Shown here: piece after piece, positions 25,888 through 34,500 of the stretch
Layout: each line of letters opens with the position of its first letter
How positions within the stretch are numbered: the stretch's first letter is position 1
Assembly: GCA_964562525.1 (NCBI GenBank)
Contig: CAZLTL010000001.1
Location: 32,950 to 96,949, forward strand
Direction: 5' to 3'
DNA length: 64,000 nt
DNA from: an uncultured bacterium
GTDB taxonomy: Bacteria; Omnitrophota; Omnitrophia; Omnitrophales; Aquincolibacteriaceae
Notes under the pieces: generated by a model
Told to the model about the DNA's origin: nothing
What the model saw: only the letters and a program-made list of their open reading frames with translations
Databases searched by the model: none
Translations under genes and position numbers: made by a program

Positions 25888-26685
25888 CTAGATTTTAAGA
25901 TCGGCCGGAAGCTCAGCGATATACGAACGGATTTCCCCCGTCATCGGGTGCGGGAAAGAAACGCTGGCAGAATGCAGCGCGGGTCTCGGAAAAGTTTTAT
26001 CCTCCGGCAAACCATACTTTGCGTCACCCGCCAGAGGAAAGCCTTTCGCCGCGCATTGAACACGGATTTGATGCGACCGCCCCGTCTCCAGCTCAACTTC
26101 CACCAAAGTCAATTTTTTTCCGTTCTTTTCCGCATAACGCAGCGGCTTCAAACTTAAAATCGCTTCTTTCGCGCCATGGGTCCGGGGCGAAACAACTTTG
26201 ACGGTATTTTTCGCTTCATCTTTTAAAAGCCAATGCACCCACTTTTGCGGATCTCGAATCGCGCCATGCAGCCACGCCAAATAAGTACGGCGAATTTCAT
26301 TTTCGCGCAAAGCTTCGGATAAACGGCTCGCGGATTTAGTGCGCTTCGCGAAAATCATAATCCCGGAAGTATTGCGGTCAAGCCGGTGAATCGTTCCGAC
26401 ATAATGCCGGCCAAAATGAACGCGCAGCCACTCCACCATGGTCGGAGATCCGGAAGCATCCTCCTGAGATAAAAGCCCCGCGGGCTTATCGACAACGATT
26501 AAATGCGAATCTTCAAAAATAATTTTGGGTTTCGTAACAGGGTCCGGAGCATGCAGTTTTTTCTGATAAGGCGAGTTCGCTACGGCTTTGGCAGCGTTGT
26601 TAATCTTATGCTGCTCCCGTTGAAACTCAGCATGCGCGACAACGCGGCGCTGCTGTTTCATTTTTCGGCTGACGCGCTGTTTCAA
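25888..26685 (-). CDS. RluA-family pseudouridine synthase.
   Basis: Catalytic motif HRLDRNTSGIMIFAK. Confidence 0.8.
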   Translation of the reverse strand: MKQRVSRKMKQQRRVVAHAEFQREQHKINNAAKAVANSPYQKKLHAPDPVTKPKIIFEDSHLIVVDKPAGLLSQEDASGSPTMVEWLRVHFGRHYVGTIHRLDRNTSGIMIFAKRTKSASRLSEALRENEIRRTYLAWLHGAIRDPQKWVHWLLKDEAKNTVKVVSPRTHGAKEAILSLKPLRYAEKNGKKLTLVEVELETGRSHQIRVQCAAKGFPLAGDAKYGLPEDKTFPRPALHSASVSFPHPMTGEIRSYIAELPADLKI

Positions 26686-28007
26686 AGGTTTTTAAGCAGA
26701 ATGTTAGACGGAGAACTTGCCACCGCACGACGGATTTCGGCAACAGAAGATTTCAATTTCAAAAGCAAAGCGGGCTCTTCAACGCCAAGGTCAGCGGCGC
26801 CCTCATCATCCCACGCCGTCAAAACAAAAAGCACGGTTAAATCCGCGACATCGCGCGCGGGCTGATAAAGTTCGGTATTTTTATTTTGGTCTTCAACCGG
26901 CGACAACACGCCCGCCTTTTCCAATTTCTCAGCGACAGTCCGCACAAGGCGGATAGGAACTTCAAACTTCTCCGCAAACGCATGAATTTCGAGCGGCTTT
27001 TCTCCGTCACAAAACCGTTTCACCGCGGCTTGCGTTAAAAGCAAAGCGATCGATTTTTGAAGCGAAAGACTTGCCTTGCGGCTCTCTTCTTCAAATTCAT
27101 ACGTTTCTTCATTTTGATGCGCGAAAGCCAACTCAGCTCCATAAAGCACAATTTGCCAAGACAATTGGAGCCACACCAAGAAAAGCGGCAGGGCTGCGAA
27201 GCTTCCGTAAATCGCACCGAAATTCGACGCCACCATTTGTGATTTGATGTAGAGAACCTGCACGAGCTGATAAATCGTTCCGGCAACAATGCCGCCCACC
27301 AAAGCCGAGCGCTTCTTAACACGCGTATTCGGCATCACAACATAAAGAAAAGTGAGCAAAAGCCAAAAAATAGCGTAGGGTAAAAAACTTAAACATTTGA
27401 TTGCCCATGGCCCAATAATTTGTCCGGCTTGCCCGATATGCGCCATGATATTGGTCACTTGTGTTGAAATAAAAACCGTCAAACTTCCGGATAAAATAAC
27501 AAGCACCGGACAAATCAGCATAATGGCGAGATAGTCGGCTAGTTTGCGCGCCATCGTACGTTCTTTTTGAACCGCAAAAATATGATTAAATGACTTCTCA
27601 ATATTTTGCAAAACCTGAATCACTGTCCAAAACAAGATCAAAATACCGATTCCGGCAATAACACCGCCCTTGGTGTTTTGCAGCATCGACTCGGAAAATT
27701 GCACTACTTTTTGAATCACCTCTTGCTGTCCATCCATTTCCATCAGGCGGTCATGCAACATTTTTTCGAAGCCAAATCCCTTGGCAATACCGAAAGCCAT
27801 CGCGAATACAGGCACAATCGAAAGCATGCTGAAAAAAGTCAGGGCGGAAGCGTGCAAAGTACATTTGTCCTTATCAAATTCTTTAAAAGACAAGATCGAA
27901 ATTCGAAGCGCCCTCAGCAAAAAGGACTTCGGCTTGGAAAGTTTGCGCGCCCGAACGCGCCACATATCACGGGAAAGAAATTGAATGATTTTCGCCATAA
28001 GTGGCAA
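26682..28007 (-). CDS. YihY/BrkB (virulence factor BrkB/RNase BN-like) family membrane protein with a C-terminal extension.
   Basis: The LHASALTFFSMLSIVPVFAMAFGI segment is typical of the YihY family. Multiple TM helices. 441 aa. Confidence 0.7.
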   Translation of the reverse strand: MPLMAKIIQFLSRDMWRVRARKLSKPKSFLLRALRISILSFKEFDKDKCTLHASALTFFSMLSIVPVFAMAFGIAKGFGFEKMLHDRLMEMDGQQEVIQKVVQFSESMLQNTKGGVIAGIGILILFWTVIQVLQNIEKSFNHIFAVQKERTMARKLADYLAIMLICPVLVILSGSLTVFISTQVTNIMAHIGQAGQIIGPWAIKCLSFLPYAIFWLLLTFLYVVMPNTRVKKRSALVGGIVAGTIYQLVQVLYIKSQMVASNFGAIYGSFAALPLFLVWLQLSWQIVLYGAELAFAHQNEETYEFEEESRKASLSLQKSIALLLTQAAVKRFCDGEKPLEIHAFAEKFEVPIRLVRTVAEKLEKAGVLSPVEDQNKNTELYQPARDVADLTVLFVLTAWDDEGAADLGVEEPALLLKLKSSVAEIRRAVASSPSNILLKNL

Positions 28008-28161
28008 TCTACCACAAAAAGCTCTGAACTCAAAAATCAGAAATCAAAACCAGAGATTAATACCCAGCGCTTACAAACTTCCCGGAAGCAAGCCGGCATC
28101 GGCCTTCCGCTTTGGTTTTGAGTTTTGATCTTTGAACTCTAATCTGCTATCATTCCGCCCT

Positions 28162-29802
28162 ATGTTAACAGCCAATGGCGTCACAATTCAGTTTGGTCAG
28201 CGGGTTCTTTTCGATAATGTGAACCTCGCTTTTTCACCCGGCAACTGCTATGCCATAATCGGCGCGAACGGTTCCGGCAAGTCGACCTTCATGAAGGTGC
28301 TTGCGGGTGATCTCGAGCCCACAGCGGGTTCCGTTTCACTCGGCCCCAATGAGCGTCTTTCGATGCTGCGTCAAGATCAGTTCGCTTTTGACGAGCACAC
28401 TCCCGTCAACACCGTCATCATGGGACATAAAAAACTTTATTCCGTGATCCAAGAAAAAGATGCCATTTACGCCAAACCTGATTTTAGCGATGCGGACGGC
28501 GCACGCGCGGCGGAACTTGAAAGTTTATTTGCCGAAATGGATGGTTGGAACGCGGAAGCCGAAGCTGAAAAATTACTTAGTGAGCTTGGCATCGCAGAAA
28601 AATTTCACCGCGTTCAGATGAAAAATCTCGAAAGCGATCAAAAAGTGCGTGTGCTTTTAGCGCAAGCTCTTTTCGGCAATCCCGATGTTTTGCTCTTGGA
28701 CGAACCGACCAACCATCTTGACGTTGAAACTGCCATGTGGCTTGAAAATTTTTTAGCTGAATTTAAAAACACCGCCATCGTGGTTTCGCATGATCGCCAT
28801 TTTCTCGATCAAGTCAGCACGCATACTTGCGACATTGATTTCGGGAAAATCACTTTTTTCTCGGGTAACTATTCTTTCTGGAAAGAGTCGAGCGAACTGG
28901 CTTTACGGCAAAAATCCGATAAGAATAAAAAAATGGAAGATAAACGCGCTGAACTCCAATCTTTTATCGCCCGCTTCAGCGCGAATGCTTCCAAAGCAAG
29001 ACAAGCCACTTCACGTAAAAAGATGCTCGAAAAACTGACGCTTGAAGATATCAAGCCCTCAAGCCGCAAATATCCGTTCATTGGTTTCAATTGCGAGCGC
29101 GAAGCCGGCAATGATTTACTCGCCATTGATAAACTCAGCAAATCCATTGACGGAAAATTGATGTTCAAAAACCTCAATTTTGAAATTCACAAGGGCGACA
29201 AGATCGCTTTTTTCGGAAGAAATGACTTGGCGCGCACCACTCTCTTTCAAGTTTTAGCGGAAGAAATCCCCGCGGATTCCGGGACTTTTAAATGGGGCGC
29301 TTCCACAACCCGCTCTTACTTTCCGAAAGACAATAAAAAATATTTCGATGTCGATCTCTCCCTGATTGATTGGTTGAGACAATTCTCAAAAGAAACCCAC
29401 GAACAGTTTATCCGCGGATTTTTGGGACGCATGCTTTTCACGGGTGAAGAATCATTGAAAAAAGTAAATGTCCTTTCGGGCGGCGAACGCGTGCGCATGA
29501 TGCTTTCCAAAATGATGCTTGTGAACGCCAACGTGCTGATCATGGACGAACCAACCAACCATTTGGATTTGGAATCGATCAGCGCTTTAAACGACGGGCT
29601 TCAGAAATTTAAAGGTACTTTGCTTTTCTCGACGCAAGACCATCAATTCATTCAAACCGTCGCTAACCGCATCATCGAGATTACCCCACTTGGATATATA
29701 GACAAGAGCGGCGTTACATTGGATGACTATTTGGCTGATCCTGAAATTCAAGCCAAACGCACCGCCCTCTACGCCGATTCCTCTGTCCAAGCTCAAGCTT
29801 GA
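28162..29802 (+). CDS. ABC-F family ATPase (second paralog).
   Basis: Walker A motifs GANGSGKST and GRNDLARTT, and two LSGGE signatures. The start is set at the ATG (MLTANGVTIQF). Confidence 0.85.
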   Translation: MLTANGVTIQFGQRVLFDNVNLAFSPGNCYAIIGANGSGKSTFMKVLAGDLEPTAGSVSLGPNERLSMLRQDQFAFDEHTPVNTVIMGHKKLYSVIQEKDAIYAKPDFSDADGARAAELESLFAEMDGWNAEAEAEKLLSELGIAEKFHRVQMKNLESDQKVRVLLAQALFGNPDVLLLDEPTNHLDVETAMWLENFLAEFKNTAIVVSHDRHFLDQVSTHTCDIDFGKITFFSGNYSFWKESSELALRQKSDKNKKMEDKRAELQSFIARFSANASKARQATSRKKMLEKLTLEDIKPSSRKYPFIGFNCEREAGNDLLAIDKLSKSIDGKLMFKNLNFEIHKGDKIAFFGRNDLARTTLFQVLAEEIPADSGTFKWGASTTRSYFPKDNKKYFDVDLSLIDWLRQFSKETHEQFIRGFLGRMLFTGEESLKKVNVLSGGERVRMMLSKMMLVNANVLIMDEPTNHLDLESISALNDGLQKFKGTLLFSTQDHQFIQTVANRIIEITPLGYIDKSGVTLDDYLADPEIQAKRTALYADSSVQAQA

Positions 29803-29834
29803 GATCTGCGTGTTTTGGGTCGATATTTAGACCT

Positions 29835-31556
29835 ATGATCAAAACAAAATTTATTTTGGTTGTTTTAGGTCTTTGTTTAGCCATCGCCACCCCCGCCCGG
29901 TCGGCAGAGGATGCAGACTTCGCCTCAGCCGATACAAACATTGCTTCGCAAATAGAAATCCTCAAAAACCAAAATAAAAAAACCATCGCCTTGCCCCCCC
30001 CCGTTTCAATCGAAGAAAAAACATCTCAAGAACCTGACTCAAAACCCTCAGAAGGAAAACTTCTTGTCAAAAAAATCGTCTTTGAGGGCAATCAAATTTT
30101 GTCAGCCACCGATCTCTCCGCTGTAACTCGCGAAGCAGAAGGACAATCACTCACCTTTGATGAACTTAAAGCTGTCGCAGCAAAAGTTACGGCGCTTTAC
30201 CGCTCCCGCGGTTATTTGATTTCAAGGGCTTTTTTACCGCCGCAGAAAATTCAAAGCGGTATTGTTATCATTCAAATTCTCGAGGGCAAAGCCGGCAAAA
30301 TTAAGGTGGAAGATAACCGCTGGTTTAAAGATAAGATTTACGAGCGCTTCTTTAAAAATCTGAATACCGACAATCCTTTTCAGTACAGTGACTTGGAGTC
30401 CTCCCTTTACTTTTTAAACGAAAAGGAAGACCGTCGCGCCAAAGCTTATCTTGAGCCGGGACAAGAACCCGGCACTACGGATATCACGCTTAAAGCTCAA
30501 GAGAAATTTCCGCTCCATTTGAGTTACGAGTTTAATAATCGCGGCTCACGGTTCACGCATCGTGCCCGGCAAATGGCTCATTTAAGACACACCAATTTAT
30601 TTGGATTTGATGACGTCCTGAACGCGGGATTTTCTTTAGCTGAACAGTCTGCCTTTCAGGCGGCATGGACTCAGTATGTTTTGCCAATTCAGCAAACCGG
30701 AACGGAATTGGGTCTCAATTGGAGCTACGCTCGCACACACCTCGCAAAGCACTTGCGGAACTTTAATATCGAAGGACGTTATTTTGAGATCACACCGAAT
30801 ATCACTCAATCCATTATCCGTCGCCGCACTTTTTCTTTTGACTGGTCAGCCGCGTTTGAGATCAAAGATTCTAAATCAACCGTAGCTAACCTCAAGACGA
30901 GCTTTGACCGCATGCGCGTCATTAAAACAGGTCCACGCTTAACCCATCAAGACCGTTGGGGCAAAACCATTTTTTCAGCGGACACGCATGTCGGACTTGG
31001 AAATTTTATGGGGTCACTTGAAAGCGATGATCCCAACGCCAGCCGCAATGGCGCAGGCGGAAGTTTTGTTTATTATTCCGGCTCTTTAGCGCGGTTCAAC
31101 CGCCTCCCTCTCAACTCTTTCCTCATTTTGAGAGCAGAGGCGCAATGGTCACCTGTCACGCTCACATCACTTGAACAATTTCGTGCGGGAGGAATGTATT
31201 CGGTACGCGGCTATCCCGAATCCGACAGCGCCGGAGACCGAGGCTATGTCACATCGGCGGAAATTAACTTCCCTGTACCGCTTATTCCCAAAGATTTAAA
31301 AATGCCGGGTATCCGCAAAAAATACAGCGAGGTTTTTCGTTTGGCGGGATTTTATGATTTAGGCGCAACCGAAAACAGGTCCAGACAAACACCGGCGGAA
31401 GTAAAAAACCATTTCCTAATGGGGGCGGGCTTCGGTGTTCGCGTCAATCTCGATCAATACCTCAGTATGGTGATTGATTTTGGTTATCCTGTCGGAGATG
31501 AGTCAACCGACAAAGACCAGCCTCAAATTCATTTCTCAGTCAAAGCCGGCTTTTAA
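29835..31556 (+). CDS. TpsB (ShlB/FhaC/HecB family) two-partner-secretion outer-membrane transporter.
   Basis: Signal peptide, a POTRA region and a C-terminal beta-barrel ending in ...FSVKAGF. Family-typical size. Confidence 0.75.
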   Translation: MIKTKFILVVLGLCLAIATPARSAEDADFASADTNIASQIEILKNQNKKTIALPPPVSIEEKTSQEPDSKPSEGKLLVKKIVFEGNQILSATDLSAVTREAEGQSLTFDELKAVAAKVTALYRSRGYLISRAFLPPQKIQSGIVIIQILEGKAGKIKVEDNRWFKDKIYERFFKNLNTDNPFQYSDLESSLYFLNEKEDRRAKAYLEPGQEPGTTDITLKAQEKFPLHLSYEFNNRGSRFTHRARQMAHLRHTNLFGFDDVLNAGFSLAEQSAFQAAWTQYVLPIQQTGTELGLNWSYARTHLAKHLRNFNIEGRYFEITPNITQSIIRRRTFSFDWSAAFEIKDSKSTVANLKTSFDRMRVIKTGPRLTHQDRWGKTIFSADTHVGLGNFMGSLESDDPNASRNGAGGSFVYYSGSLARFNRLPLNSFLILRAEAQWSPVTLTSLEQFRAGGMYSVRGYPESDSAGDRGYVTSAEINFPVPLIPKDLKMPGIRKKYSEVFRLAGFYDLGATENRSRQTPAEVKNHFLMGAGFGVRVNLDQYLSMVIDFGYPVGDESTDKDQPQIHFSVKAGF

Positions 31557-34500
31557 ACAAGTTCGGCTTCATCGCCGTTAACCTGCATGCCATTGGCTTC
31601 CTGCAAATTACCTTGCTTCACTTCAAACAGGTTATTGGAAAGAATGATCGGAGCATTGGGGTTGATTGACTCAGAAAAACCGCCACTTTCCTCGTTCGTG
31701 TTTTCATTATCTGAATTTTCTGTATCTTGCGGCTCTGGCTGGTCATTGCTGAATTGTGTATTTGAAAAATCACTTCCCGAAAAACTATTGGTGTCTGTTC
31801 CGCCGCTCGTTACAAACGGTGCCAATGACCGCTGAATTTCATTTTCACGGTTTGCTGTTTCCGCCGGTGTCACTTCGGTATTCGAAGGCGGAGGAGGAGT
31901 AAACCAACCCGTCGTTCCTCCTAAGTTAATTGAATTGGCTGGATCAAGCGGTAAAGTGAGGCCACTGGAATTATCCGTAATTGTGCCGTCTTGAATACTC
32001 AAATAATTACCCGTAAAAGTCGCGGCGTTCGTGAGATCAAATGTTCCGGCGCCGTTCAACACAAGGCGGTCGTCCTCATCAAGCCCGTCTAATGTCAGTG
32101 AATTCGTCACAGTTTGAGTGTTTCCCGAGGCAAGCGACAAAGTCCGTGAAGCCTCATCATTCGTCGCATCAGCTTTGGTGAGATTATAAAAAGTCGTGTT
32201 TCCTGAAATCGCTTGGTCACTTCCATCCAAAGTTACTGTTCCGGTTCCCGCGGTAAATGTTCCGCCTGTGCGGCCAAAATCTCCCGCAACATTCATACTA
32301 GCGGGCGCGACAAAAGTCCCGGCCGATTGCGTGAATGAATTATTCAAATCCAAGTCCGATGCCGCGGTAAAGGTTCCCGAACCGCTGATCACTAAATTAA
32401 AATAATCATTAGCTCCAAAATCTTTCAGCGTACGGCTGCCGCTGCCCGTGTAATTCCATGTTCCGGAATCAGTATCATTGTTGGTCAGCCCTGTAATGGT
32501 TTCCGATCCGATAAGCTGAACTGTTCCATCATTCGAAAATGTTGCACCGGTCATCCACCAACTAAACCCGTTTAAATTGAATGTTCCGGCAGAGTTTGTA
32601 AAACTGCTACCAACATTCATCGCATCGAGCAGACGCAAAGTACCGGTACCGGAATGGGCAATACCACTAAAAACTTGTCCGCCGGATGTAATATTTTGCG
32701 TTCCGGCGCCATTTAAAACGATTGTTCCTGTATTCGTAACTCCACCGGCGGATCCTCCCGCGCCACCCGAATTTCCACCTTGTGCACCTGTGGTTCCGCC
32801 AGACAAAGTAATATTGCCGCTGACTTGGACTTTTTCATTTCCGGCATCTAACGTCGCAGCGCCGCCATTTCCGCCTGCACCACCAAGCCCTCCGCCATAA
32901 TCATTTCCCATATAATTCACACTATTTCCAGTTGTGCCGCCGCTCCCTCCATTGCCTGCGACAACATTTAAGTTGCCTGTAACTGATGTTATTCCGCTTC
33001 CGGCAATATAAGTAGCACTAGCTCCATTCACCCCTGCGGAACCATCTGATCCGCTGTTACAGATGTTGATATCACAAACCGCATCGGTTCCGGATGTCCC
33101 ATCGGTGCCATTTCCGGCCATAATTGTTAAACCGCCATTCAAATTCTGATTACCGCTGCGGGCAGTATAATTCCCACCGCTTACGGTCGTTAAACCGCCT
33201 ACCGTTGTTTGCAATCCATTCGCATCATAATTTCCGGCTGAGTTTGTAAACGCTCCGGTAACAGTAAGATTATTGCCGGTTAGCTGTAAAGTTCCGGCAC
33301 CGCTATGCTGCAGCGCAGCAAAACTTTTTCCACCACTATCCAACGTCTGAGTTCCCGAAGCTTTATCAAAAATAGCAGTTCCTGAGTTAGACATCGTAAT
33401 TCCGGAACCCAAACTAACGTTGCCTCCATAATTTTGAACTCGTGAATTTACATTAAACGCCCCGCTTGTTACGCTAAAATCACCGTCCAGATCCAAATTA
33501 TCAACAAGCCGCAATGTTCCCGAACCGGAGTATTTGAGACTGCCAAGATTTTCACTATTTGAAGTAATATTTTGCGTTCCCGAACCATTCATCAATAAAG
33601 TACCGGTATAAGTATTAACCCCCTGAGCTCCCCCTGCCCCACCTGCGCCACCAGCGTTATTGTCGAAGCTACTTCCGTCGCTGCCCTGACTGCCATTCGT
33701 TGACGCCACCAAAGTAATGTTCCCTGTCACCCTTACTTTTTCATCTCCTGCATTCAACGTCGCATTTCCTCCCGTGCCGCCCGCACCCCCAGCACCTCCG
33801 CTACCCCCATTAGAATTTCCGCCGGTTCCACCATTTCCACCGGATCCCGATTGAATAATCAAATTTGTCGTTGTCGTAATACCCGAACCGGCTGTATATG
33901 TTGCGCTTACACCGGATGTTCCATCAGAACCTGCCGCGCCACCATCTTGCGCATGCTGGCCATCCGTCCCGCTGTTTCCGCTACTTGCAAGAATACTTAA
34001 CCCGCCATTCAAATTTTGGTTCCCAGTACCAGCTGTATAAGTTCCTCCGCTAACAGTCGTTAACCCACTCACTGTTGTCTGCAAACCATTTGCATTATAT
34101 GTTCCGGATGAATTAGTAAATGCACCTGTCACAGTAAGGTTATTTCCGGTCAATTGTAAAGTTCCCGCGCCAGCATGCTGAACCTCAGCAAAAATTTTTC
34201 CGCCGCTATTTAATGTCTGAGTTCCGGAAGCCTTATCAAAAATAGCATTGCCCGCGTTGGAAAGCGTAATTCCCGAACCCAAACTTACATTGCCGCCATA
34301 GTTTTGTGTCTGCGAGTTCGCATTAAATGTTCCGCTTGTCACACTCAAGTTACCATTCATATCCAAATCGTCCGTAAGCCGTAAAGTTCCTGCGCCCGAA
34401 TACGTTAAATTCGCACTAACGCTCGCTGAATTACCTGTAGTTAAATTTTGGATTCCTGATCCGTTTAAAGTGATCTCTCCCGTCGTCACTGCGGAACCAC

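Noticed and set aside
32577-32900. Pro-rich 107-aa plus-strand ORF and other plus-strand ORFs inside tpsA.
   Set aside because: They are antisense to the Gly-rich TpsA coding strand. GGN codons read in antisense give NCC and CCN, which is Pro-rich. This is an artefact.
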